Of a DNA stretch of 64,000 nucleotides, positions 43,367 through 53,552 are shown piece after piece. The notes beneath the pieces are model-generated. The model saw only the letters and a list, made by a program, of their open reading frames with translations, made no database searches and was not told the DNA's origin. Made by a program: the position numbers and the translations under genes. How positions within the stretch are numbered: position 1 is the first letter of the stretch; each line of letters begins with the position of its first letter. The stretch comes from a bacterium (GTDB lineage Bacteria; Patescibacteriota; Minisyncoccia; Phycocordibacterales; UBA9973), in contig JBAWZD010000001.1 of NCBI GenBank assembly GCA_037143195.1, positions 80,892 through 144,891 on the forward strand, read 5' to 3'.

Positions 43367-44843
43367 CCTTCTTCGTCTTTTTTACCGGAATTTTTGCTGC
43401 TTGAATTTTTTCTTCTTCAGCATTTAAGTGCTGGCGGATATGTTTGCGAGCCATAGTGGTAAGCGCGAATTTGAGCCAGTGTTCCTTTGGCGTGCCGTCT
43501 TTGCGAGTTTCGATTTCGACGATGTCACTTGAGTGGAGGACTGTGTCGAGCGAAACGAATTTACCATTGACGCGAGCTCCGCTCGCTTTGTTGCCAATCG
43601 CCGAGTGAATCGAATACGCGAAATCAATCACACTCGAACCTTTTGGAAGATCGATGACGTCACCGGCAGGCGTGAATGCAAAAATACGATCGTTGAAAAA
43701 ATCAGTCTTCAAGTGATCAAGCAATTCATCACTTGATTCGTTTTCTTGACTGAGGTGCTTGAATTCATTGATCCACTCAAATTTCTTTGGGCCTTTTTTC
43801 GAATTCGATTCTTTGTAAATATAGTGCGATGCAATACCGAATTCGGCACGACCATGCATTTCCTCCGTACGAATCTGAATTTCAGCAAGGCCACCGTCAC
43901 CCGTAAATATTGTGGTGTGGAGTGATTGGTATCCGTTCAATTTTGGGAGCGCAATGTAGTCTTTGATACGCGAAGGCAATGGCTTCCAAAGTGCGTGAAT
44001 AAGACCGAGCACGGCGTAACATTCTTCGACACTTTCGACGATGACGCGGAGCGCGACAAGGTCATAAATATTGTCGATATTGTTGTCGTACTTCTGCAAT
44101 TTTTTCCAGAGACTGTATTTGTGCTTGATACGGTAATCTACTTTTTTGACATGGAGTGGGGAAGTTTTGAGTTCGCTGACAAGTTTTTTATAAATTGCCT
44201 CAAGTGCATGTTTTCGTTCGTCGCCACGTTCAGCAAGCAATTTTTCTACCATTGCATATTCTTCAGGATATGCAAAAGGGAATGCGGCGTCTTCGATTTC
44301 GCCTTTGAGACGTCCGATACCGAGTCGGTCGGCGAGTGGAGCATAGACTTCGATTGATTCAAGTGCGATGCGCTTTTGCTTGTCTTCGCGCACGAATTCA
44401 AGCGTGCTGAGATTGTGCAATCGGTCGGCGAGTTTGATCATGAGTACACGATAGTCTTGCGCGAGCGCCATGAGGAATTTGCGCAAGCTCTCGATATGAC
44501 GCATGCGTCCGCGGTATTTTACATGGCCGAGCTTCGTGACACCTTTCACTAGATTTACAATTTCTTTTCCAAACTCCTTCTCGAGCTCATCATCAGTCGT
44601 TTCGGTATCTTCGAGTACGTCGTGCAAGAAACCAGCGGCGATTGTCGTCGCGTCCATTTCATATCGAGCGAGGTTTTTTGCTGTCTCAAAGACATGCACG
44701 AAATAGGGCACGCCCGACATACGCACTTGGCCTTGGTGGGCTTTGAGTGCAAAATTGTAGGCACTCATAATAAGGTCGACGTCCTTTTTGGGAGGCGTCG
44801 GCGGGAGCTCTTTGAGGATTTCTTTGACTTCAAATCCGTCCAT
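43356..44843 (-). CDS. rel: bifunctional (p)ppGpp synthetase/hydrolase Rel/SpoT homolog (HD + synthetase + TGS; no C-terminal ACT/RRM domain)
   Basis: HD motif HQGQVRMSGVPYFVHV...FLHDVLEDT. Synthetase motif LVALRVIV...YQSLHTTI. TGS-like IFAFTPAGDVIDLPKGSSVIDFAYSIHS. 495 aa. Confidence 0.85.
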   Translation of the reverse strand: MDGFEVKEILKELPPTPPKKDVDLIMSAYNFALKAHQGQVRMSGVPYFVHVFETAKNLARYEMDATTIAAGFLHDVLEDTETTDDELEKEFGKEIVNLVKGVTKLGHVKYRGRMRHIESLRKFLMALAQDYRVLMIKLADRLHNLSTLEFVREDKQKRIALESIEVYAPLADRLGIGRLKGEIEDAAFPFAYPEEYAMVEKLLAERGDERKHALEAIYKKLVSELKTSPLHVKKVDYRIKHKYSLWKKLQKYDNNIDNIYDLVALRVIVESVEECYAVLGLIHALWKPLPSRIKDYIALPKLNGYQSLHTTIFTGDGGLAEIQIRTEEMHGRAEFGIASHYIYKESNSKKGPKKFEWINEFKHLSQENESSDELLDHLKTDFFNDRIFAFTPAGDVIDLPKGSSVIDFAYSIHSAIGNKASGARVNGKFVSLDTVLHSSDIVEIETRKDGTPKEHWLKFALTTMARKHIRQHLNAEEEKIQAAKIPVKKTKKGAK

Positions 44844-44878
44844 ACCCTGAGTATAGAGGGGATATACCGAAAAGTAAA

Positions 44879-45346
44879 TCAGTCTTTATTAAACTCATTC
44901 TGTAGTGTTTGGATATCGAACTTTTTCATTTTGAGAAAGGCTTGGGTGACACGGCCAATTTTTTCTTTGTTTCCGCTTGCCATCATCGTGCTCGTTGCGG
45001 ACGGGACGATCTGCCACGAGAGTCCATATTTGTCTTTGCACCAACCACACTGACCTTCTTGGCCGCCGTTACTTGTGAGTGCGTTCCAGTAATAATCAAT
45101 CTCGGCCTGATCCTCACAGGTGATGACAAAAGATATTGCTTCGTTAAATTTGAACATCGGACCTGCTGTCATGAGACTGAATTCTTGTCCAAAGATTTCG
45201 ATAGTCGCCATTTCAACTTCACCCGATGGAGTGTCTGAAAGATTTCCGCCGCCGCGGACTTTTGCCTCAGGGAAAACAGAGACATAGAAATTGATAATTT
45301 CTTTGAGATTTTTATCAAACCAGAGGAACGGTGTTATTTTTTTCAT
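44879..45346 (-). CDS. VOC/glyoxalase-superfamily protein (PhnB-like)
   Basis: 155 aa with PhnB-like conserved segments (FLWFDKN...EAINFY..., GWCKDKYGLSWQI). Confidence 0.6.
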   Translation of the reverse strand: MKKITPFLWFDKNLKEIINFYVSVFPEAKVRGGGNLSDTPSGEVEMATIEIFGQEFSLMTAGPMFKFNEAISFVITCEDQAEIDYYWNALTSNGGQEGQCGWCKDKYGLSWQIVPSATSTMMASGNKEKIGRVTQAFLKMKKFDIQTLQNEFNKD

Positions 45347-45455
45347 AGATTGAATTGTACCAGATGCGGCGTCGTTATTTTGTCACGAGCTAGTGGGGAT
45401 TATTAGAATTAAAAAAGTTCAACCACACCTAAGGCGTGATTGAACTTTTCTTCGA

Positions 45456-45704
45456 TTATTTCATGAGTATTTTTTCAGACTCTAAAAAACCATGGAACAC
45501 GCCACGATAATATTGAGCCTTTTGTTTGATTAAGGCTTCATGGATTGAGCCCGGTTCATGCTCATAGAGATATGAGCATGAGTCGTTGTAAATTACTGCG
45601 CTATCTTCGTATGAATCAGATAGATCGTGTAATTTTTTGAAGTTGTGGTTCCTGCAGCTCATTCCGAGAACTGCGAATAAAAAAATGACTAATGTTGTTT
45701 TCAA
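45456..45704 (-). CDS. hypothetical small secreted protein
   Basis: 82-aa ORF with the signal peptide MKTTLVIFLFAVLGMSC. Confidence 0.3.
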   Translation of the reverse strand: MKTTLVIFLFAVLGMSCRNHNFKKLHDLSDSYEDSAVIYNDSCSYLYEHEPGSIHEALIKQKAQYYRGVFHGFLESEKILMK

Positions 45705-45802
45705 CGTCTGAAATTTTAAAGGTGAACAATGTATTTATTTATAGTATAGATTTATCGTTCTGTCAATTATTTTAACTGACAATTATCGTAGAAGTGGTTG
45801 AG

Positions 45803-48010
45803 TTACTTCTTTTCGATTTTGTGTGGGTTGTGATTTGGGCAGGATTTGTTGGAACAACGCTCAGGAATCGTTTTGGTACCTTCCATCATGAGCGCGCCAC
45901 ATTCAGAACAGATGCGTCCGGTAGGTTTTGCTTTGATTGCGTTTTTACAGTCAGGGTAGTTTGAACAGGAATAGAAAATACCGAATCGCCCACGACGTTC
46001 CATCATTTCGCCTTTTTGACACATCGGACAGGTGACGCCCGTCATTTTCTTTTTCTTTTCTTCCTCGTCTTCTTTGATGAATTTACATTTTGGATAGCGG
46101 GAGCAGGAGATGAACATTCCGAATTTGCCTTCACGGACGACGAGTTTGCCACCGCCATTCTTGCCGGTCTTTTCTCCACATACCGGACAGAGTTCGCCGG
46201 TCTCTTTTGGTCCCTGCATTTCAGATCCGTCGAGCTTGCGTGCTCCGGCACAATCAGGATATTTAGAACACGAAAAGAATTTGCCGTTGCGGGACAATTT
46301 ATAGATCATCGACGCGCCACATTTTGGACACACGATATCGTCAGGTGCGGGACCGAGGTCTGTCGCTTTGGCGAGTTTGTCTTTGGCTTTTACTTCCTTC
46401 AAGAATGGCGTGTAAAAATCTTTGAGTGTCTTTGCATATTCGCGGTCACCGTTTGAGATATCGTCGAGTTTGTCTTCCATTTCGGCAGTGAAGGTATCAG
46501 AAATATATTCTCCGAAGTTTGCTTCGAGGAAACTCGACACGACGTCACCGGTGTCGGTCGGGTAGAGCGTGCGTCCTTGCTTGGTGACGTAGCCACGTTC
46601 TTCGAGCGTACTCATGATAGACGCGTAAGTACTCGGGCGACCAATACCGCGTTCTTCGAGCGCTTTGACGAGTGCTGCTTCTGAATAACGGTTTGGTGGT
46701 TCTGTTGCTTTTTCGGTACTTGCGAGGTCGATGAGTTTGAGCGTCTCGCCAGCGACAACTTTTGGAAGCTCAACGTCTTCACCGCGTGCGTCGCTATCAA
46801 CGAGCAACCAGCCGGGGAACAAGACGCGCGAACCGTTTGCCGTGAAGTCTGGAATATCTTTTGCGTTTTCAACATTCGCAACGATTTTGGTTTTAAGCAG
46901 TTTTGCATCAGTCATCTGACTTGAAACTGCGCGTTCCCAAATGAGTTTGTAGAGATCTTTTTGTTCGTCGTTCATTCCTGCGGACAATTTGTCGATGTGG
47001 GTAGGACGAATACCTTCGTGGGCTTCCTGCGCATTCTTGGATTTTGTTTTGTAGGTGTGTGCTTCGGCGTATTCTTTGCCGTATTTTTTCTCGACGAGGG
47101 CGAGGATTTGTGACTGCGCGACCGCGGAGAGATTTGTACTGTCAGTACGCATGTAGGTAATGTGTCCCGCTTCGTACAACTTTTGTGCGACTTGCATTGT
47201 GCGCTTCGGCGAAAAACCGAGACGCGTACTTGCTGTCTGTTGAATACTTGATGTGGTGAATGGTGCGCGAGGAGAACGCTTTTGTTCTGATTCTTTGACT
47301 TCACTCACGAGCCACGGATTTTTCTTTCCGATCGTGAGGATGTGATCAACGATTTTTTCGTCGCGAGGTTCTTCAACACAGGAGAGTTTGATTTGTTGTT
47401 TTGCTTTGGTCTCAAACAATCCTTCGAGCGTCCAATATTTTTCTGGAATGAATGCGCGAATTTCACGTTCGCGTTCCATGAGAATACGAAGTGCAGGGGA
47501 TTGCACGCGTCCTGCGGAGAGCCCGTAGCGGACTTTTTTCCAAATGATTCCAGAGAGGTCATATCCGACGAGGCGGTCGAGCACGCGCCGCGCCTCCTGT
47601 GCTTGCACGAGCTTCTCATCAATATCGCGCGGCGCGCGAAGTGCCTCCTCCACCGCTTCTTTGGTGATTTCGTGAAAGGCCGCACGTTTGATCGGAGCTT
47701 TCACCTTTTTGTCTGCAGTGAGCAATTCTTTCAAATGCCACGAGATAGCTTCTCCTTCGCGGTCCGGGTCAGTCGCGAGCACGATCTCTTTTGCACTTCG
47801 AGCGAGGTCGGTGAGTTCGTGGACGACCTTTTCCTTGCCTTTTGAGATTTCGTAATGAGGCACGAATCCTGCAGGAATATCAATGGCTTTCTTGTTTGAT
47901 TTTGGAAGATCACGCACGTGACCAACAGAGGCACGCACGGTATATGCGCCATCAAGATACTTCTCGATTGTTTTGGCTTTTGATGGTGATTCAACGATGA
48001 GTAATTTCAT
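45803..48010 (-). CDS. topA: DNA topoisomerase I with C-terminal C4 zinc ribbons
   Basis: Toprim N-terminus MKLLIVESPSKAKTIEKYL, the catalytic Tyr region, and three or four CxxC...CxxC ribbons at the C-terminus. Confidence 0.95.
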   Translation of the reverse strand: MKLLIVESPSKAKTIEKYLDGAYTVRASVGHVRDLPKSNKKAIDIPAGFVPHYEISKGKEKVVHELTDLARSAKEIVLATDPDREGEAISWHLKELLTADKKVKAPIKRAAFHEITKEAVEEALRAPRDIDEKLVQAQEARRVLDRLVGYDLSGIIWKKVRYGLSAGRVQSPALRILMEREREIRAFIPEKYWTLEGLFETKAKQQIKLSCVEEPRDEKIVDHILTIGKKNPWLVSEVKESEQKRSPRAPFTTSSIQQTASTRLGFSPKRTMQVAQKLYEAGHITYMRTDSTNLSAVAQSQILALVEKKYGKEYAEAHTYKTKSKNAQEAHEGIRPTHIDKLSAGMNDEQKDLYKLIWERAVSSQMTDAKLLKTKIVANVENAKDIPDFTANGSRVLFPGWLLVDSDARGEDVELPKVVAGETLKLIDLASTEKATEPPNRYSEAALVKALEERGIGRPSTYASIMSTLEERGYVTKQGRTLYPTDTGDVVSSFLEANFGEYISDTFTAEMEDKLDDISNGDREYAKTLKDFYTPFLKEVKAKDKLAKATDLGPAPDDIVCPKCGASMIYKLSRNGKFFSCSKYPDCAGARKLDGSEMQGPKETGELCPVCGEKTGKNGGGKLVVREGKFGMFISCSRYPKCKFIKEDEEEKKKKMTGVTCPMCQKGEMMERRGRFGIFYSCSNYPDCKNAIKAKPTGRICSECGALMMEGTKTIPERCSNKSCPNHNPHKIEKK

Positions 48011-48059
48011 GGGTGAGACTTAAGTAGTAGCATTCTAAAAATTTTTTGGCAAATGAGAA

Positions 48060-48092
48060 CGAGGGAACAGACATATAAAATCTGTTCCCTCG
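48060..48092. promoter_or_regulatory. 12-bp perfect stem hairpin about 50-80 nt upstream of topA (not followed by a T-tract); candidate regulatory structure
   Basis: cgagggaacaga catataaaa tctgttccctcg. Confidence 0.35.
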
Positions 48093-48282
48093 CTTGCTTC
48101 AGTTCTGCTTGGTTGCGTTGCGTTTTATTATCATTTTTATTTCCTTTTGCAAGAAATAATTGCGTCTGACCTCGACAGGAATTGTCGCTGCAGACAGTGC
48201 AACCAGTGCTAGAAAAATCCATTTGATAATTAAGAATGCTGTTTCCATAAATAATATTTGTTAGTACGATACCACACTTTAA

Positions 48283-49152
48283 TTAAGAAACGCGACGTAC
48301 TTCGCCGAGCTCTTCTTTCACGATGCCTTTGATTTCGAGCGAGGAGATGAGGATGTTGATCTCGTGTGTTGGTTTTTGAAGGGTAGCTACAATTGTGTCG
48401 CGCGACATTGGTTCGACGAGGAGATCATAGACCGCGCGTTCATCGTTCGTTAGTGCGCTAATTTCAGATTCGCGCTCCGTCGCTTCATCTGTCCCAACCA
48501 AACCAAAAAATTCCAAAATATCTTCGCTCCGTGTAATCGGCGTTGAACCTTGTTTGATGAGTAGATTTGTTCCAAGTGAATTGCTACTTGTGATTGGCCC
48601 CGGTACGGCAAAAACTTCACGATTGTAATCGAGTGCGAGGCTTGCGGTGATGAGCGTGCCAGACTTGTCGGCTGCTTCTACGATGAGTACTGCTTGTGCA
48701 ATACCAGCGATGAGACGATTGCGTCGCGGAAAACTCCATTCAGTCGCGCGAAAATCATTCGCATATTCGGACACGAGCGTGCCACCACTTGCGAGGATTT
48801 CTTTTGCGAGTGAAAGATTGGTCGCAGGATACAAAACAGACTCTCCAAGACCGGAGCCCGGAAATGCTATCGTTCGGAGTCCGGCTTTGAGCGCCGAACG
48901 ATGCGCGACGGAATCAATCCCGAGCGCGAGACCCGATACTATAGTTATGTCCGAACCGCGCAGTCCAAGAATGAGCTTCTCACAGGCATCGGCACCGTAC
49001 CGTGTGTTGGTACGCGACCCAACAACGGCTAAATATCGCCCAAGTGGGTCGATTGGTGCACCTACTCGCTTGAGCGACGTAGGCGGGTCGGGGATCTCTA
49101 ATAATTGTGGCGGGTACTCACTGGGCCCAAGTGGCGAAATGATGAAATCCAT
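48283..49152 (-). CDS. dprA: DNA processing protein A (DprA/Smf)
   Basis: Rossmann-like AVVGSRTNTRYGADA...VSGLALGIDSVAH and a C-terminal winged-helix region. 289 aa. Confidence 0.85.
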   Translation of the reverse strand: MDFIISPLGPSEYPPQLLEIPDPPTSLKRVGAPIDPLGRYLAVVGSRTNTRYGADACEKLILGLRGSDITIVSGLALGIDSVAHRSALKAGLRTIAFPGSGLGESVLYPATNLSLAKEILASGGTLVSEYANDFRATEWSFPRRNRLIAGIAQAVLIVEAADKSGTLITASLALDYNREVFAVPGPITSSNSLGTNLLIKQGSTPITRSEDILEFFGLVGTDEATERESEISALTNDERAVYDLLVEPMSRDTIVATLQKPTHEINILISSLEIKGIVKEELGEVRRVS

Positions 49153-49217
49153 ATTGTAAAAGAACTACTTACACCGATAATTTTCTTATTATATCATTTG
49201 TGCTAGGATTTACGTAT

Positions 49218-50477
49218 ATGTTAGATATCAAATTTATCCGCGAAAATAGCGAGCTCGTGAAAGGTGCAATTCAAAAGAAATTCGTCAAACTCAATCTTGA
49301 TGACCTTCTTTCTCTCGATGACCGTCGTCGAGAAATAATGCAACTCACCGAGAACCTCCGTGCCGAGCAAAAGCGTATTTCTGACGGTATGGTATCTGCC
49401 GATCCTGCTCGTCGCGAACAACTTCTCGCCGAACTTCGTCCGCTCAAGGCGCATGTTGAAGAAAAAGAAGAAGAGCTCAAGAAAATCATGCTCGAATGGC
49501 GTGAGCTCATGCTCCAAGTGCCAAACGTTCCAGACATGACCGTGCCAGACGGAGAGAGTGATGCACAAAATCAGGAAGTCCATGCGTGGGGAGACAAACC
49601 AGAATTCAATTTTGTTCCAAAAGATCATATTGAAATCATGAACGCACTCAAGATGGTAGATTTTGAGCGTGGTACCAAGGTGCACGGATTCCGTGGATAT
49701 TTCCTCACGGGAGATGGGGTACGATTGTGTTTTGCAATTTGGAATTATGCGCTCGACTTCTTTGGCAAGCGTGGATTCACTCCGATCATCCCTCCAATGA
49801 TTGTGCGCAAACAAAACCTCTACGGTACCGGACATTTGCCAGGTGATGTTGAAGACTATTATATGACGCAGGACGGTGACGCACTCGTCGGTACATCTGA
49901 AGTGCCAATCATGGGCATGCATGCTGACGAAGTACTTGATCATTCACAATTTCCAATCAAGTATCTCGGATTTTCACCATGTTACAGACGTGAAGCGGGA
50001 AGCTATTCCAAAGATGTGAAGGGATTGATTCGTGTGCACGAGTTCTACAAATTTGAACAAGTCATTTTGTGTGAGGCATCACATCAGACATCGGTCACAC
50101 TCCACGAACAGCTTCGTCGCAACACAGAAGAATTCATCGAGTCGCTCGGTATTCCGTATCGCACGGTTGTGAACTGTGGTGGAGACCTCGGACTTGGTCA
50201 GGTCAAGAAATATGACATTGAGCTCTGGGTGCCAAAAGAAAATACGTATCGCGAAATCGCATCTGCTTCATACTTCCATGATTTCCAGACACGCCGATTT
50301 AATATTCGCTACAAAGATGCTGAAGGCAAAATGCAGTACGTGCACTCACTCAACAACACCGCAATCCCAACGCCACGTATTCTCGTTTCGATGATTGAAA
50401 ATTGTCAGGAAGCAGACGGACGCATTCGTGTGCCTGAAGTACTCAGATCATATCTCGGCAAAGAATACATTGGCTAA
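49218..50477 (+). CDS. serS: seryl-tRNA synthetase
   Basis: N-terminal coiled coil. Class II motifs FRGYFLTGDG and YRREAGS...GLIRVHEF. The ATG at 49218 is preferred. Confidence 0.95.
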   Translation: MLDIKFIRENSELVKGAIQKKFVKLNLDDLLSLDDRRREIMQLTENLRAEQKRISDGMVSADPARREQLLAELRPLKAHVEEKEEELKKIMLEWRELMLQVPNVPDMTVPDGESDAQNQEVHAWGDKPEFNFVPKDHIEIMNALKMVDFERGTKVHGFRGYFLTGDGVRLCFAIWNYALDFFGKRGFTPIIPPMIVRKQNLYGTGHLPGDVEDYYMTQDGDALVGTSEVPIMGMHADEVLDHSQFPIKYLGFSPCYRREAGSYSKDVKGLIRVHEFYKFEQVILCEASHQTSVTLHEQLRRNTEEFIESLGIPYRTVVNCGGDLGLGQVKKYDIELWVPKENTYREIASASYFHDFQTRRFNIRYKDAEGKMQYVHSLNNTAIPTPRILVSMIENCQEADGRIRVPEVLRSYLGKEYIG

Positions 50478-50498
50478 TCGTGTGCTCTCTCAAAAATT

Positions 50499-51416
50499 AT
50501 GAAGCGCGAAGTATCTCCACTCAAAAAACATATTGAGGAGTCGCCGAAACTTCGCGCGCTCCGTGAACGTAGGATTCGACGTCGTCGTCGCGTCATTACT
50601 GCACTCTGTGTTTTGTTTTTTGTACTGCTCGGCACGACAGTATATGTTTCGCGCTTGCCTCGTATCCAATTGAATACGGTCGAGGTGGTGGGGAACAAAG
50701 TCGTCGATACCGATGATGTCGTGTCGCATGTTGAGAAATATCTTTCAGGGTATTACGTATATCTCATTCCGCATCGCGACGCATTGATATATCCAAAACA
50801 AAAGATTGTGGCAGATTTGGTAAAATCATTTCCACGATTTGATTCAGTGGCGGTATATCGCACGAGTTGGCATACGCTTCAGGTGACGGTGTCGGAAGTG
50901 CGCGGTCGCGCCCTTTGGTGCGGTGAGACTGATACCGACCTCGGTGCGGGCGCGACCGCGCAGTCATGCTACTTCACCGACGAGACCGGCCGTATTGTGA
51001 GTGATGCGCCATACTATTCCGGCAATGTGTATCCGCGATTTTTCGGTGGCACAGTACCGGCGAGCTCCGCTCGCCTCGACAACGAGAACCCCATCGGCAC
51101 CACATTCACCGACCCTGATACATTCAAAAAACTCGTAGCCCTTCAAGAATCGATCGCCAATTTTGGATTTCAAATCAAGAGTGTCGATATTGGAGCAGAT
51201 ACCGAAGATACAATCATGATCGATCTTGGTTCTGGCAAGATAGCACCCGTACGATTCCTGAAGGCTGACAATTTTGAAACGCTCGAAGGCAATCTCTCCG
51301 CCGCACTTTCGAATCCAACGCTTGCAAACGCACTCAAGACTGACAAGCAGAATCTCGAATACTTTGATTTGCGATTTACGAATAAAGTGTATTACAAATT
51401 TTCCGATCAAGAATAA
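50499..51416 (+). CDS. FtsQ/DivIB-like cell-division protein (POTRA domain)
   Basis: Arg-rich cytoplasmic N-terminus, a single TM segment, then a POTRA-like LNTVEVVGNKVVDTDDV segment. Confidence 0.5.
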   Translation: MKREVSPLKKHIEESPKLRALRERRIRRRRRVITALCVLFFVLLGTTVYVSRLPRIQLNTVEVVGNKVVDTDDVVSHVEKYLSGYYVYLIPHRDALIYPKQKIVADLVKSFPRFDSVAVYRTSWHTLQVTVSEVRGRALWCGETDTDLGAGATAQSCYFTDETGRIVSDAPYYSGNVYPRFFGGTVPASSARLDNENPIGTTFTDPDTFKKLVALQESIANFGFQIKSVDIGADTEDTIMIDLGSGKIAPVRFLKADNFETLEGNLSAALSNPTLANALKTDKQNLEYFDLRFTNKVYYKFSDQE

Positions 51417-52039
51417 TGCATATGAAATGTCTTGATCGAAGAGGGTATACATACACCGTGTACGATATCGGGGGAGACCGAGTGCTCAAGAAAATGAAGC
51501 CAGCAGTTTTGCAGCGACTGCTCCATCTTTCGTCGGGAAACTCCAAAAAATATATTGAGCAACACCGAACACGAGCGCGACTCCTTGCAGAAACTTGTCG
51601 AGACAAAGCGCTCATCGGAAATCCTCAGTATGAAATTGACGGTTCATATACTCAGGATCGATGTGAGGTGATTGATACCTATTTTTTATCGCACACGCTC
51701 GAAGAAAATAAAAAATGCGTCGATATGTTTATCGAATGTATTTTTGAAACATGGAAAAATGGTTTTTCCGATATCATTTTTAATTTTACGCGTAACAATG
51801 GACTGTCACACGCAGGGAAAGTAGTTCTGTTTGATTTTAATGAAATTACCTTTGTAAAAAATGAGGTCCTCGCGTTGATCGAGACTGAGCGCTGGCTCCA
51901 TTGTTACTCATTTACAAAAGACTTGCATGCGGGTGCCCTAAAAGATTATTATGCCCAAGCAATGGCTACGGCCATGACGCGGGAGAATCTTGATCGATAT
52001 TGGAAAGACAATGAACAACTTTTGGCAAAAACTCAATAA
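51416..52039 (+). CDS. hypothetical protein (translationally coupled to the preceding gene through a TAATG overlap)
   Basis: 207-aa ORF. No recognisable domain. Confidence 0.35.
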   Translation: MHMKCLDRRGYTYTVYDIGGDRVLKKMKPAVLQRLLHLSSGNSKKYIEQHRTRARLLAETCRDKALIGNPQYEIDGSYTQDRCEVIDTYFLSHTLEENKKCVDMFIECIFETWKNGFSDIIFNFTRNNGLSHAGKVVLFDFNEITFVKNEVLALIETERWLHCYSFTKDLHAGALKDYYAQAMATAMTRENLDRYWKDNEQLLAKTQ

Positions 52040-52988
52040 ACCGTTTTTCGTTCTTGCGCCGATGGCAGATGTCACCGACGCTTCTTTTCGACAGATCATT
52101 GCCAAGTATTCTCGTCATGGGGAGGTGGGTGGAGGACCGGATGTTTTTTGGACTGAATTCGTCGCCGCAGACGGGCTCATGAGTCCGGGACGCGAGGTCT
52201 TGCGTCATGATTTGAAATTCGGGGAGAACGAGCACCCTATCGTCGCTCAACTCTTTGGTTCGCACCCTGAGAAAATGGAAGGTGCGGCCCGACTGTGTCA
52301 GGAACTCGGATTCGACGGGATTGATATCAATATGGGTTGTCCTGACAAGTCGATCGAGAAGCAGGGAGCAGGGGCGTGCATGATGAAGCATCCGGATGTT
52401 GCTCGTGAGATCATTCGAGCCGCGAAACGCGGCGCTCCCAACTTGCCAATCTCTGTCAAGACCCGCATCGGCTACAACAAAAACGAACTCGATACATGGA
52501 TTCCAGAATTGCTTGCAGAAAATATTGCCGCGCTCACCGTGCATTGTCGTACGCGCAAAGAAATGAGCAAGGTGCCTGCGCGATGGGAACATGTCCGAGA
52601 GGCGGTCGCTCTGCGCGACCGCCTCGGAGTCGACACACTCATTCTCGGCAATGGTGATGTCAAAGATATCGCCGACGCGAAACAAAAAGTCGCTGAGACA
52701 GGATGCGATGGCGTCATGCTCGGTCGCGCGATCTTCGGCAATCCGTGGCTCTTCGATCAGCATCGCACCGAAGTGACCAAAGAAGAAAAAATCCGCGTCA
52801 TGGTAGAACACACCAAACTCTACGAGCAAATGCTCGGTGGCATAAAAAGTTTTGCGATCATGAAAAAGCACTACAAAGCCTACGTGAATGGTTTCGACGG
52901 CGCAATGGAACTCCGCGAAAAATTCATGCAGTGCGAAAATGCGAGTGAGGTAGAGGCTGTGGCGAATGCATATCTCGAGGGGAAATAA
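52011..52988 (+). CDS. dus: tRNA-dihydrouridine synthase
   Basis: FVLAPMADVTDASFRQI and NMGCPDKSIEKQGAGACMM, the Dus FMN/catalytic Cys region. The ATG at 52011 is preferred over the TTG at 51990. Confidence 0.85.
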   Translation: MNNFWQKLNKPFFVLAPMADVTDASFRQIIAKYSRHGEVGGGPDVFWTEFVAADGLMSPGREVLRHDLKFGENEHPIVAQLFGSHPEKMEGAARLCQELGFDGIDINMGCPDKSIEKQGAGACMMKHPDVAREIIRAAKRGAPNLPISVKTRIGYNKNELDTWIPELLAENIAALTVHCRTRKEMSKVPARWEHVREAVALRDRLGVDTLILGNGDVKDIADAKQKVAETGCDGVMLGRAIFGNPWLFDQHRTEVTKEEKIRVMVEHTKLYEQMLGGIKSFAIMKKHYKAYVNGFDGAMELREKFMQCENASEVEAVANAYLEGK

Positions 52989-53031
52989 AAAAAGGAAAGC
53001 AATTATTGGATGCTTTCCTTTTTTTATTTTT
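52985..53031. terminator. bidirectional intrinsic terminator between dus and the convergent hypothetical gene
   Basis: aaaaaaaggaaagca attattgga tgctttcctttttttatttttt: a 10-bp stem. Confidence 0.5.
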
Positions 53032-53448
53032 TCACGGCTCAATGTAGACCGTAAACATATTCGGCACGTCTTCTTCCCACTGGAGAACAATTGCCGCTGT
53101 TGGCGACACTTCGTTCACTGGGTAGAAAAAAATAATTTCTCCACCTGATTCGACACCGAAGGTGGTTTGATATTTTAGGACGTATTCGCCCTTTTCAGTT
53201 TTGAGCATAAATCGAATGCTCTTTCTAAACGTCACAGCCATAATCATGACGTACAGGCGACTCTCATTGCCTCCTGTTGGTTTTGGAGCAATGATTGTTT
53301 GCCGTAAGTCACGCTGGAGTTTCTGTAGTCCAGTTTGATTGATTGTGATTGGGCACGAGCCAACACTGCCAGCCTCGGTTGCAAACGTAGCGACCTCACC
53401 GAAAAATTGAGGCAAGTACGCAAAATGTTCATCTGTAAAGTAATCCAT
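53032..53448 (-). CDS. hypothetical protein
   Basis: 138-aa ORF. No recognisable domain. Confidence 0.35.
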   Translation of the reverse strand: MDYFTDEHFAYLPQFFGEVATFATEAGSVGSCPITINQTGLQKLQRDLRQTIIAPKPTGGNESRLYVMIMAVTFRKSIRFMLKTEKGEYVLKYQTTFGVESGGEIIFFYPVNEVSPTAAIVLQWEEDVPNMFTVYIEP

Positions 53449-53552
53449 TGTGTATTTTTTTGGTTTGTCAGCAATATACCATTATTTTAAAATAAGTCAA
53501 AAAATACCTGAATTTTCAGACGGTGACTGTTTTCTGATATACTCATGAATAT

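Noticed and set aside
49221-49943. 240-aa ORF on the - strand
   Set aside because: Antisense to serS.
51966-53090. 374-aa ORF on the - strand
   Set aside because: It is antisense to the dus gene (clear Dus motifs) and runs through the dus/53032 bidirectional terminator. It is a shadow ORF.
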